Virus record (IMG/VR): IMGVR_UViG_3300034106_003629
Length of the DNA stretch: 64,000 nt
Strand: one strand, 5' to 3'
Source of the DNA: an uncultured virus (IMG/VR IMGVR_UViG_3300034106_003629)
Taxonomy: Duplodnaviria > Heunggongvirae > Uroviricota > Caudoviricetes
This document shows, piece by piece, positions 1-8,527 of this stretch. Every line of letters starts with the position of its first letter. Position 1 is the first letter of the stretch. The notes beneath the pieces were generated by a model. That model was not told the DNA's origin. It did no database searches and worked only from the letters and a program-made list of their open reading frames with translations. The position numbers were made by a program, and so were the translations under genes.

Positions 1-58
1 AGTCTCAACATGAATAATAGGATAAATTGCCATAACTTCTATAATAAAGATAACTTAT

Positions 59-775
59 TTATTGGATGATAATAGATGGGGCATCAATACATTCTGGACA
101 GTTCTCTGGTTCCCAACCAAGTGCTTTAGCAATATCAGGGAACTGACAGATAAAGACGCAACGTGCTGCTTCTGCGATGTCCATATGCTCCTTCTGAGTG
201 CCGTGAGCAGAGCGTAGGTCAATATAATGGATCCATGACCTTACAGAACCCTTCATGTAGATTCTGGTGGGGGTTGCGAGTGGAAGCACAAACCTTGCAC
301 ATTCCTTTGCAACACCTGCATCAAGCATCTTATCGTAAAGGCGTTGTGATTCTTCAAAGTGCTGTTCAATCATTCCCTCAAACTTTTCCCTTACATGTTC
401 ATCCAAATCATTAGTTGAGTTCTGACGATTCTTTTCGTCTTGCCTGCGAAGTTCAGGAACCTCAGGAAGATCAGTAAGTAGTTTTGTATCTGCGTAACGT
501 TGTGAAAATTCCTGATATGTGAAGGACCTATGACGAAGCACTTGAGCTGCGATACCACGAGTCGTATTGATTTCAAGAGTCATATCTGCTTGCTCGAAGA
601 TAGACCAATGATTTTGCTTAATACAATAACGAAGAAGTCCAGCAGCAGTATCAAATTTAAGTTGATTACTTGGATTGCTTACACGAGCATTGTATGTAAT
701 TACTTCCTGTGCAGACTTTCCAGCAAGTTCTCCTGCACCTTGAGTAACAGCAATCAATTTAACAATATTAGACAT
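59..775 (-). CDS. thyX: FAD-dependent thymidylate synthase
   Basis: RHRSFTYQEFSQRY ThyX signature; HWSIFE and ECARFVLP motifs. Confidence 0.97.
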   Translation of the reverse strand: MSNIVKLIAVTQGAGELAGKSAQEVITYNARVSNPSNQLKFDTAAGLLRYCIKQNHWSIFEQADMTLEINTTRGIAAQVLRHRSFTYQEFSQRYADTKLLTDLPEVPELRRQDEKNRQNSTNDLDEHVREKFEGMIEQHFEESQRLYDKMLDAGVAKECARFVLPLATPTRIYMKGSVRSWIHYIDLRSAHGTQKEHMDIAEAARCVFICQFPDIAKALGWEPENCPECIDAPSIIIQ

Positions 776-1345
776 TTAACTCTCCAAATAATTTTTAAAA
801 ATTTCTAAAGCAGAATCCCAGTGTATAAACTGTCCCGCTTGGTTGACTGGAACAAAGCATAACGTCCATCTACCATGCGGTGTGGGATTATTTGTACCGT
901 GCAAAACACCCACGTTAACTAAACTAGGTCGATTTGTATTTGCCTCATAAAGAAGTTCAGAATCTTCCTCATTTGCCCAAAGATTATCATGGTATTCATC
1001 GGTGCTACCCTGATAACCATTCAGTTGCATTCTTTTAGTTTTATCAGACTTCCACCATTGTATCACACCTTCTTCAGGTCCCCAAGACATATTAATCTTG
1101 GCATGATTTGTATAGTGACCATGATCGGTATGAATCGGAATCTTAGAGAATGGTGGGGTATAAAATACTTCTTTAAGATGAAGAGTCAATCCAAGGTCAA
1201 CAAAAAATTCTTCCATTGGATAGAATGGATAATCATTAATATAAAAATGTCTGATTTGATTACCCTGTTCCTTAAATAACGGAAGAGGACCAATAGTGAA
1301 AGGTAAGTTAAGGTATCTATGATAGGTATTAATCGCAGTATCCAT
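776..1345 (-). CDS. Hypothetical protein, probable 2OG-Fe(II)/cupin-like fold (start trimmed to MDTAIN)
   Basis: IHTD...LVNVGVLHG...RWTL pattern (HxD...H...R). Confidence 0.5.
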   Translation of the reverse strand: MDTAINTYHRYLNLPFTIGPLPLFKEQGNQIRHFYINDYPFYPMEEFFVDLGLTLHLKEVFYTPPFSKIPIHTDHGHYTNHAKINMSWGPEEGVIQWWKSDKTKRMQLNGYQGSTDEYHDNLWANEEDSELLYEANTNRPSLVNVGVLHGTNNPTPHGRWTLCFVPVNQAGQFIHWDSALEIFKNYLES

Positions 1346-1493
1346 CGTCATCCTCAAAGACTTCATCGTAATCGGTTATACTATAATCATATTCTTGTAC
1401 ATAACTTTCTGTATCTGAAAGAACTTCAGATTCTATTTCTTCAATAAGTTGTTTAAGAGTATTAATTAATAGCTTTAGCTTTTCTCTATCCAT
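1329..1493 (-). CDS. Small acidic cyanophage hypothetical protein
   Basis: ORF MDREKLKLL..., downstream of a consensus sigma70 promoter. Confidence 0.7.
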   Translation of the reverse strand: MDREKLKLLINTLKQLIEEIESEVLSDTESYVQEYDYSITDYDEVFEDDDGYCD

Positions 1494-1516
1494 TTTTATT
1501 AACCTCAACAAAGGTA

Positions 1517-1556
1517 ATTATAGATAAAAAAAAGAGGGGAGTCAAGTCCCCTCTTT
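1517..1556 (-). terminator. Rho-independent terminator that contains a sigma70 promoter
   Basis: GAGGGGA-CTTGAC-TCCCCTC-T8 hairpin; also reads TTGACT-N17-TATAAT. Confidence 0.8.
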
Positions 1557-1559
1557 ATA

Positions 1560-1661
1560 TTAAGCAATTTGTGGTTGTTTTGCCATATTTAACTGTGCAG
1601 CTTTAAGAAGACTTTCCTTCTTTGCTTTTTTCTTGAGGTAACGAACGAAGTAAGTATTCAT
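1560..1661 (-). CDS. 33-aa basic peptide MNTYFVRYLKKKAKKESLLKAAQLNMAKQPQIA
   Basis: Manual translation; GGAGG SD; ATGA overlap with upstream ORF. Confidence 0.7.
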   Translation of the reverse strand: MNTYFVRYLKKKAKKESLLKAAQLNMAKQPQIA

Positions 1662-1825
1662 TTTACATTACCTCCCTTTGACTTTTCCATAGAGAATTTG
1701 TTTCCATTTTCATCCACCCAGAACATTGTTCCGCGATAGATTTCTACATGAGGTTCTCTTTTCAAAGTTTGATTTGGGCGGTCGTTGGTGTCATATTCGA
1801 CACCACGATATACGACTTTAGACAT
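1658..1825 (-). CDS. DUF4278-family peptide (IF17 N-terminus-like), 55 aa
   Basis: MSKVVYRGVEYD...IYRG (two YRG motifs); AGGAG SD; directly downstream of glutamine riboswitch-like RNA. Confidence 0.8.
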   Translation of the reverse strand: MSKVVYRGVEYDTNDRPNQTLKREPHVEIYRGTMFWVDENGNKFSMEKSKGGNVK

Positions 1826-1856
1826 TAGGGTTCTCCTTAATTTTGAGGCTAAAGAG

Positions 1857-2025
1857 CGTTCCTTCAGTCGGCTTTTGCGTCTATTTTACACTCTTTGGGA
1901 GAGATTTGTTTAATCTCCCAAATTAAATCATTCTTAATCTGTTTAGGAATGTCTTGTTTATTAACTCTCCCAGCAATTAACTGTGCCTGTAAGCATGAAA
2001 GAATGAGTGCTTCCATAGATGAACG
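1857..2025 (-). promoter_or_regulatory. Second glutamine riboswitch-like aptamer with an ORF in its P2 loop
   Basis: CGUUCA-UCUAU...AUAGA-CGCAAAAGCCGACUGAAGGAACG; parallels the upstream aptamer. Confidence 0.6.
1864..2016 (-). CDS. 50-aa ORF MEALILSCLQAQLIAGRVNKQDIPKQIKNDLIWEIKQISPKECKIDAKAD nested in the riboswitch
   Basis: Manual translation, open ATG to TGA. Confidence 0.65.
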   Translation of the reverse strand: MEALILSCLQAQLIAGRVNKQDIPKQIKNDLIWEIKQISPKECKIDAKAD

Positions 2026-2068
2026 TTCCGTTCCGAGTCGGCTTACTTCCGTCCCATAGGGATGAACG
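2024..2068 (-). promoter_or_regulatory. Glutamine riboswitch-like aptamer (glnA / Downstream-peptide class)
   Basis: CGUUCA-UCCC-UAU-GGGA-CGGAAGUAAGCCGACUCGGAAC-GGAACG; P1 CGUUC/GAACG; upstream of DUF4278. Confidence 0.75.
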
Positions 2069-2091
2069 TAAGGTCATTATAGACCTATTGC

Positions 2092-2127
2092 ATTATATAG
2101 GCAAGTCTTTTTGTAAAATGTAATACA
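2092..2127 (-). promoter_or_regulatory. NtcA box (TGTA-N8-TACA, 2112-2127) plus -10 TATAAT (2092-2097)
   Basis: Exact palindromic consensus TGTA-AAATGTAA-TACA. Confidence 0.6.
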
Positions 2128-2129
2128 TT

Positions 2130-2456
2130 TTAATCTCTTTGTCTCCAATCGTCAGGCTTATCTCTATCTTCCGAAAAGAAATCTACAATATCATCAACAC
2201 TTTCAAATCTACGAATACCAAAACGTTCGTGACCCAATCCACCAATGTCAAGTTGATTTAAAAAATCATCCATATCACCCTTCTTCATGTCGGGATTTTC
2301 TGCTGTTCTTCTTGCTTGGCGGAGCATTGTACCTGCGGTCCTATTTGCCTTGGCAAGTTTCTCTGCCCAAATCATATCATCTAAAGTGACTTCTTGATGT
2401 TTAGCAATTTTGTCGCAGATTGCTTCCAAACGAAGTCGATATTGTGTAGAGAGCAT
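2130..2456 (-). CDS. Cyanophage hypothetical protein
   Basis: ORF with GGAG SD; paralog at 39537-39728. Confidence 0.75.
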   Translation of the reverse strand: MLSTQYRLRLEAICDKIAKHQEVTLDDMIWAEKLAKANRTAGTMLRQARRTAENPDMKKGDMDDFLNQLDIGGLGHERFGIRRFESVDDIVDFFSEDRDKPDDWRQRD

Positions 2457-2491
2457 ATGTAGTCTCCATATAGGGTTATTTAGTATTCAAA

Positions 2492-2695
2492 TCAATATGG
2501 AAGAGATTTTAATCCATCCAAAACTTCTTGAAATTTTTCTGCGCGAGTCTTGTGATGTTCAACATTCTTCTCCAGAACATCCACAATGTCATCTAAAATA
2601 GTGTCTGCCGAAGCATCAGTATTAAAATACTGTTGAATTGCTTCAGCAAGGTATCTATGCCTATTCCATTCCATACTATAAGGTTTATATGTCAT
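2492..2695 (-). CDS. Hypothetical protein
   Basis: ORF downstream of TTGACA-N17-TATAAT. Confidence 0.7.
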   Translation of the reverse strand: MTYKPYSMEWNRHRYLAEAIQQYFNTDASADTILDDIVDVLEKNVEHHKTRAEKFQEVLDGLKSLPY

Positions 2696-2717
2696 GATAA
2701 GAAAGATATATTTTTCA

Positions 2718-2746
2718 ATTATAGAAGGAAAAATTTATTTTGTCAA
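2718..2746 (-). promoter_or_regulatory. sigma70-type early promoter
   Basis: TTGACA-N17-TATAAT. Confidence 0.75.
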
Positions 2747-3228
2747 CCAATAGTATCAAAGAAAAAAACTTGGGTGAGTCTACCAGTTTCAACAGAATCT
2801 CCAAACCCAGGAATCATACTTCTATGATATAGAGTTCCGCGATATAATATTAATCTATTATATACGTTACCCATCATTGTCACTAATTTTTTTTCTTCAT
2901 TATAAATTCCTGTTCCAGAATTTATTGGAGCACCTGGAGTTAAAAATAATACTCCTGCCCATTCAACATCATCTTTATGAATCCAAGTGGAATCATCTCT
3001 TAAACAAAGTTGAAATCTAAAACAATCTCTATCTCTCCTAAATTCAATTTTTTTTCCTATTACTGGTTCTATTTTTGCACGCACCATTTCCTGGTAGTCA
3101 TGGTCTGCTGCATCTGTACGACTACCAGGAAATGTTCCAGTATTTTTAAATGGCAAACAAATAACAGAAGACCTTACCAAATCTGGTTTATCTAAAAAAT
3201 TATCAATTATAATAGTATCAATTTTCAT
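2743..3228 (-). CDS. 2OG-Fe(II) oxygenase-like protein (DUF6445-like)
   Basis: IIDNFL...WIHKD...WAGVLFL...YNRLILY...YH...RLTQVFF. Confidence 0.75.
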   Translation of the reverse strand: MKIDTIIIDNFLDKPDLVRSSVICLPFKNTGTFPGSRTDAADHDYQEMVRAKIEPVIGKKIEFRRDRDCFRFQLCLRDDSTWIHKDDVEWAGVLFLTPGAPINSGTGIYNEEKKLVTMMGNVYNRLILYRGTLYHRSMIPGFGDSVETGRLTQVFFFDTIG

Positions 3229-3356
3229 TTATGATTATACTTATCGGGATTCTTCTCTGAATCGTAAATAAAAAATGCAAATGGGAACAATAATGAAATT
3301 CCCAAAATAGTCCCAACTACAATAGGACCAAATGCATCAACAATTTTAGCAATCAT
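3225..3356 (-). CDS. 43-aa single-TM membrane peptide
   Basis: MIAKIVDAFGPIVVGTILGISLLFPFAFFIY...; ATGA overlaps at both ends. Confidence 0.65.
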   Translation of the reverse strand: MIAKIVDAFGPIVVGTILGISLLFPFAFFIYDSEKNPDKYNHK

Positions 3357-3679
3357 CTTTCTATGTAACTAAGTGTATGATTCGTAGCATATAATTGTTC
3401 GATTATCATATCACACCCAATCTTTGGGTTACAATCGCCGCATGTAAATAGATCTACTGCAGCCTCTCCCTTTTCTGGCCAAGTATGAATACTAATATGA
3501 CTTTCAGACAGCAAAGTTAGTACAGTAACTCCTTGAGGATCAAATTTTTTAAAAATTGTATTAACTACAGTAGCGCCGCTAATACTAGCTGCTTCTTCTA
3601 ATAACTTTATTAGGTATTCTTGATCGTCTAACAATACAAAAGAACACCCATACAAATTTAATAAGTAATGTTTCCCCAT
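3353..3679 (-). CDS. speD: S-adenosylmethionine decarboxylase proenzyme
   Basis: FDPQGVT...LLSESHISIHTWPE...DLFTCG. Confidence 0.95.
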   Translation of the reverse strand: MGKHYLLNLYGCSFVLLDDQEYLIKLLEEAASISGATVVNTIFKKFDPQGVTVLTLLSESHISIHTWPEKGEAAVDLFTCGDCNPKIGCDMIIEQLYATNHTLSYIER

Positions 3680-3705
3680 CTCTACTTTAAATATTTGACA
3701 TTTTT

Positions 3706-4419
3706 TTATTTAGAATTGTTGTACAAGACATAATCTTGACTGTATACATCTATAAATTTTTGATGCCTTAAACAATAGTCATTAAAAATCTTACAACATA
3801 ATTCATAGTTTTTAATTTTTAAATACTCACCATCCATTAAATTTTTTTTCTTTATTGGAACTTCGCAACCAATAAAATCAGATATTTTTTGTTCAAAAAA
3901 CTCATCGATTCTAATAAGATTAATGTCAAAGTTTATTTTTGATGGTTGAAAGCAGTAATCTATAAATCTAAACTGTGGCAAAGTATGCCCATCAAATATA
4001 AATTTTTTGTTTCTTAACTCTAATAATATATCTCTAGAGTTTGGTGTAGAAAGATAAACCCCAACCTCGCTAAGAAATTGATTGAATCCAGAAATCCATC
4101 TATCCTTTGGATGCCTAGTAACAACTAAAATTTTATATTCTTTTTTATATTCTTCTGGTATTTCTAAATCAAATTGACTCTGAACATTTGGTACTTGGTA
4201 CACAGGTTCAAAGTCAATTAAATTCTTTAAAGAAGTTGATGCATTTTTTGATATTGGTATGTATAGAATTTTATATCTTTTAGATATGTAAAATGCATCA
4301 AATTCAACTGTCTCTATACCATCTGGTGTATAATCTAAAAAATATTTTTTAGATACACATTTATCTATTTGTTCCCTATACTGGTCCCAATCAAAATTAT
4401 AACAATCAGATGAGTTCAT
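3706..4419 (-). CDS. Sulfotransferase family 2-like protein
   Basis: YIPISKNASTSLK (5'-PSB-like), RHPKDRWISGF (3'-PB-like), DGHTLPQ. Confidence 0.75.
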   Translation of the reverse strand: MNSSDCYNFDWDQYREQIDKCVSKKYFLDYTPDGIETVEFDAFYISKRYKILYIPISKNASTSLKNLIDFEPVYQVPNVQSQFDLEIPEEYKKEYKILVVTRHPKDRWISGFNQFLSEVGVYLSTPNSRDILLELRNKKFIFDGHTLPQFRFIDYCFQPSKINFDINLIRIDEFFEQKISDFIGCEVPIKKKNLMDGEYLKIKNYELCCKIFNDYCLRHQKFIDVYSQDYVLYNNSK

Positions 4420-4621
4420 CCGAATCGCCACCATATTCATCCAGAAGATTTTTTACTACATCTTCTGTACCATCAATAGTTTTTACTTTGTATAAAGAAG
4501 ATCTCATATATTTTTTAATCTTCTTATATTCTTTTAGAAGTTTATTAACTTCATTATCATTAATAACAACTACTGCCTTACCATTTTTAGGTTTATCCGC
4601 GCCAAATCCACTAGACATCAC
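4406..4621 (-). CDS. Hypothetical protein
   Basis: ORF in tightly overlapping gene chain. Confidence 0.65.
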   Translation of the reverse strand: MMSSGFGADKPKNGKAVVVINDNEVNKLLKEYKKIKKYMRSSLYKVKTIDGTEDVVKNLLDEYGGDSDELI

Positions 4622-4902
4622 TCCCCCCTTTTTTTACTCTTAGTTTCTTTTGGAGTTATATTCCAAAGTTTAGGGTTAACTCTTCCTTCCGATTGTTTAT
4701 ACCACTTTAATCCTTCTCTATACAGATCCCAATAATAATCAAAAATGTCTATCTTTTTATTTGCGATAACAATATCATAACAAAGTGAATCATCAATACA
4801 ATAATGCACTAGATATGCATTGTAAGGTAGATTTCTATCATTAGATAATTCAGGATCACAATTTTGTTGAAGAATTTTGATATTCAAGAGCGACCTCCCC
4901 AT
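4618..4902 (-). CDS. Hypothetical protein
   Basis: ORF in tightly overlapping gene chain. Confidence 0.65.
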   Translation of the reverse strand: MGRSLLNIKILQQNCDPELSNDRNLPYNAYLVHYCIDDSLCYDIVIANKKIDIFDYYWDLYREGLKWYKQSEGRVNPKLWNITPKETKSKKRGE

Positions 4903-5453
4903 TGAATATCTGGGTATGCCTCAGCAACAATATCTTTAGTAATCTTATATTTTTCTTGAAGTTTTTTGTCCTTAACAAGAACCATAATCTCAGCTTCTTT
5001 TGGATGAAGTCCTTCAAGCATTTGAATAAACATAGTCTCTCTACGGAGACTTGACAAAGATGGGTTACCACCTTGAAGATAATTATAAAAGTTCTCCCAC
5101 TCATTGCGAATGGAAGTTGCCCTGTTACGGATAAATTCATCTGCATTAGAAAGTCCTTGAACTTTGTTCAATTTTTCTACTGATGCAGATAGAGTATCAT
5201 TAAATGCAGATTGCTCCTCAACTCTTGAGTAAGGAACATCTCCTTGTGGCAATAGTGAGATTGCCGTATCATCAAAATTCCAAATAAGAATTGCAGTAAG
5301 TCCTTCATTTCTATATTTTTGAAGGACTTCTACTTTTTTTACACTAGATCTTTGCTTAGAAACTAATTCTAAAATTTCAAATTGAAAAGAATTTGGTTGC
5401 AATTCAATAGGAGATTCAGTCTTCGTCTCCTTCTTCGTCTTCGTAATAGTCAT
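4884..5453 (-). CDS. Conserved T4-like phage protein (DUF6433-like)
   Basis: RRETMFIQMLEGLHPKEAE motif. Confidence 0.7.
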   Translation of the reverse strand: MTITKTKKETKTESPIELQPNSFQFEILELVSKQRSSVKKVEVLQKYRNEGLTAILIWNFDDTAISLLPQGDVPYSRVEEQSAFNDTLSASVEKLNKVQGLSNADEFIRNRATSIRNEWENFYNYLQGGNPSLSSLRRETMFIQMLEGLHPKEAEIMVLVKDKKLQEKYKITKDIVAEAYPDIQWGGRS

Positions 5454-5646
5454 TTGTGTTTTCAAATCGTACAGCTACTATTTCATCGGGAATAATATTC
5501 CCATTTTCATCAAACATTTCGGGGTGTGTATAAGCAATTGCAGTTCCTTCATAGAAGTGTTGCTTTGCGATCCATCCGATTACTCCACCCAAAAATAAAA
5601 ACATTATTGAGAATAGGGCAGAGAATGTGAGAGTTACTGCTAACAT
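5416..5646 (-). CDS. Small membrane protein with acidic tail
   Basis: N-terminal hydrophobic helix; HPEMFDENG. Confidence 0.7.
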   Translation of the reverse strand: MLAVTLTFSALFSIMFLFLGGVIGWIAKQHFYEGTAIAYTHPEMFDENGNIIPDEIVAVRFENTNDYYEDEEGDED

Positions 5647-5663
5647 TGGACTTCTCCCGAGAG

Positions 5664-5882
5664 TTATAGTTTGTTAATAATACCAAGTGAAATTTCAAAT
5701 CGGAAGTGTATCTCTCGTTTAAGGAGCGAGATTACCTTCCCAAACATTATACCAAATGTTCTAGGTTCTGGTGCCTTCTCCCTCCTGCTACGATGTCGCA
5801 ACATTAACTCAAATCCACGATTAATATCAGAGGATTCAATTTTATTTATTTGACTTTTTCCTTCTTCCTGGTCGTTTGTCAT
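5664..5882 (-). CDS. Hypothetical protein (start uncertain)
   Basis: ORF in gene chain. Confidence 0.5.
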   Translation of the reverse strand: MTNDQEEGKSQINKIESSDINRGFELMLRHRSRREKAPEPRTFGIMFGKVISLLKREIHFRFEISLGIINKL

Positions 5883-6201
5883 GACTATATCTCCAGGCAT
5901 CTTGAAGAATACCATAAAGATATTCTTTTATTTTCCTTGCTTGTGGTTTTGGTATATGACCATACGCCTCACGAAGAAGTTTATGTTCTGGATCTTGACC
6001 TCCTTTTAAATATTCATCTAACTCTAAAATTAGACTGTTAATGCTTTCTGCTGTTTTGCTGTCAATAAATTGCTCAGCATGACGACGCTTTGCATTATTT
6101 GTTTTGAGGTATTGATAGAAATTTAATATAAACTTTCCTTGAAAAGCAAAGTCTACTGCCTTCTCCACGTCGTAATGGAGTGTGACAACTTCTTCTTCCA
6201 T
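5842..6201 (-). CDS. Hypothetical protein
   Basis: GGAG SD before MEEEVV; LREAYGHIPKPQARKIK. Confidence 0.7.
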   Translation of the reverse strand: MEEEVVTLHYDVEKAVDFAFQGKFILNFYQYLKTNNAKRRHAEQFIDSKTAESINSLILELDEYLKGGQDPEHKLLREAYGHIPKPQARKIKEYLYGILQDAWRYSHDKRPGRRKKSNK

Positions 6202-6233
6202 GAAAACGAATGCTCCCATTTGTAAATTATATA

Positions 6234-7853
6234 TCAAAAAGTAAAATTAAACAACTGTTTCGTTTCGTAAAACCAAAGATAATCGAGAGAAGAAGAATTT
6301 AAAGTCCTAAATGCATCTTGTGGGGTTTCGACTAAAGGTTCTCCTGCCAAATTAAAACTGGTATTTAATAGGATACCATGCCCTGTCAAGTTTTTAAATT
6401 CATTTAAAATAGAATGTAAATGCCCAGAATTTACTGTCTGTATTCTACAAGTATTATCGACATGTGTAACTCCTGGAATTAAATTTGTCTTGACAGGAAA
6501 GCAAACTGTCATGTGTGGATTTGGAATCACATTGTCAAAATAGAGATGCGCGTCCTCTTCAAGAACTATAGCAGCAAATGGTCGATACCACTCTCTATTT
6601 TTAATTTTATTAACAATATCTTTAGCATTTGGATTTAGTGCATTAAACAGTATAGAACGGTTCCCCAATGCCCTCTGACCCGCTTCTGCAAGATGATTAT
6701 ATACTGCAACAGACTTATTATTATAAAGTAGTCTTGCCACCTCTTTTTCATCAGCAAATGCACCTTGGTATTGTGATACATCATGGGTTAAACCATGGAA
6801 AAAAGTATCTTTAGATGGTAGTATTCTAGAGTCTCCAGACAATTGTCTATAAGAATACATAGAAGCTCCTATGCTTAATCCACTGTCATCACACATAGGA
6901 TCAAAATAAAATTTAACGTCAGGAAATCTAATGGTCAATTCATAATTGGTAATAATATTCATACCATAACCACCAGTAATACAAACTTTTTTTATTCCAG
7001 TTTTATCTACATGTTTTTTAACCAGATTACAAACTTGTTCTTGACATTGACGTTGAACTTCGTAACAATAGTTTGAAAAAAATTGATAATTATCTTTTGT
7101 TATCTCAACCTTATAGTTTGCATCATCATTAAAATCCAGCATATAATCTAATAATTCTGGATAATTCTTAAAATATTTTTTAATTGCTGCATCTGCCGAT
7201 ATTCTTTTACCAAAAAACTTTAATTTTTCTATCGCAACTCCATAGGAAGACAATCCCATTGCTTTACCACAATCATCAATTGTTTGTCCTATCGCAAGTG
7301 CAGCACTATTGTAAAGATTTCCTATATTAATTTCATCAGTATGATGTTTACAAATATGTCTACATCCATTTACAACTTTATCAAATCTTTTTTGTAAGTT
7401 TGCAGTCCAATATCTTTTATATAGAGGAGTGAATTTACATGGATATTCTGCAACATATACAGAATCACATTCAAAAACTTCTGGGTCAATTGGATATCCA
7501 CCTGCAGAATCAACACATATAATTAAAGACTTTTCAAATCCACTATTATAAAATGCACCAGATGCATGAAATAAATGATGGTGATACTTTGGATTTATGA
7601 ATTTAATTTTAGGATTTGATAATTTAATTAATGAATCTTTTTTATCTTTATCCTCTTGACTTTCTCCAGATGAAAAAATAATATAATCAATATCGTGCAA
7701 AAAATTTTTTGAGATAATATCAAAAATAAATTTGTGCCCACCAGAGTGTTTCTTCTTATTGTACCTCTCTTCCTTAAAGTAATATTCAATTACACCATCC
7801 TTTATGACAGTTGCAGATGCATCATGTCCAGAAAAAATGGTTAGAACTTTCAT
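6234..7853 (-). CDS. Carbamoyltransferase (NodU/CmcH/TobZ family), full length
   Basis: GHDASA, EERY, HHLFHA, GKAMGLSSYG, RALGNRS, REWYRPFA, HVDNTCRIQ, LNTSFN. Confidence 0.93.
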   Translation of the reverse strand: MKVLTIFSGHDASATVIKDGVIEYYFKEERYNKKKHSGGHKFIFDIISKNFLHDIDYIIFSSGESQEDKDKKDSLIKLSNPKIKFINPKYHHHLFHASGAFYNSGFEKSLIICVDSAGGYPIDPEVFECDSVYVAEYPCKFTPLYKRYWTANLQKRFDKVVNGCRHICKHHTDEINIGNLYNSAALAIGQTIDDCGKAMGLSSYGVAIEKLKFFGKRISADAAIKKYFKNYPELLDYMLDFNDDANYKVEITKDNYQFFSNYCYEVQRQCQEQVCNLVKKHVDKTGIKKVCITGGYGMNIITNYELTIRFPDVKFYFDPMCDDSGLSIGASMYSYRQLSGDSRILPSKDTFFHGLTHDVSQYQGAFADEKEVARLLYNNKSVAVYNHLAEAGQRALGNRSILFNALNPNAKDIVNKIKNREWYRPFAAIVLEEDAHLYFDNVIPNPHMTVCFPVKTNLIPGVTHVDNTCRIQTVNSGHLHSILNEFKNLTGHGILLNTSFNLAGEPLVETPQDAFRTLNSSSLDYLWFYETKQLFNFTF

Positions 7854-7876
7854 AATAAATACAAGATATTAGTGTT

Positions 7877-8527
7877 GTGATAATGAATGTAAGAGATATA
7901 TTATTTAAAGTTTATCCTAACCTAATTGAAGTAGATCTTCCCAAGTGGTTAGATAAAGAAGTAAAAGATAATAACTCAATTATAAAATCTTACGTTTGGA
8001 AAACTGATGAATTAAGAAGAATTAGACTCTGCGAATTAAACATAAGGGATAAATTTATCGCAGAGTCTCTTGTTATGTATCCAGACTTTCAATATATCAA
8101 TCCAGTTTTTGGCACTGAGTATGTTTCATGTGCCAATAAAAAGTTTTTTGGCACCATTGATTTTCATCCATTAAAAATGGACAGTGACTACGAGAACAAG
8201 TATATCAAAAAATATCTTGGCGATCAACCAAATAGAACTAAAGAAGATTCAAAAATATACGATTTAAATACTTACTTTTCTAAAAAATTATGGTTAAAAA
8301 CAAATGACCACGATTTTTATGAAGAGTACTTAGACAAATTAGAATTATATTTAAACAGATATAATGATTGCACAAAAAAATGTGAGATGGAACTATCCCA
8401 CATTTATCAAAAAGGTTATGATTATCACTTATCATATACAGACCCAGCTTATGGAATCTTAAAGTCGTATTATGATAAATCTTTTGCTAGAAAATATATC
8501 AATGAATTTTTATTTGATCTTGCTTAA
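7877..8527 (+). CDS. Ferredoxin-dependent bilin reductase family protein (PebA/PebS/PcyA superfamily), divergent
   Basis: LRRIR, MYP...PVFG, IDFHPL, YFS, YD...DPAYGILKSYY...EFLF. Confidence 0.75.
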   Translation: MIMNVRDILFKVYPNLIEVDLPKWLDKEVKDNNSIIKSYVWKTDELRRIRLCELNIRDKFIAESLVMYPDFQYINPVFGTEYVSCANKKFFGTIDFHPLKMDSDYENKYIKKYLGDQPNRTKEDSKIYDLNTYFSKKLWLKTNDHDFYEEYLDKLELYLNRYNDCTKKCEMELSHIYQKGYDYHLSYTDPAYGILKSYYDKSFARKYINEFLFDLA

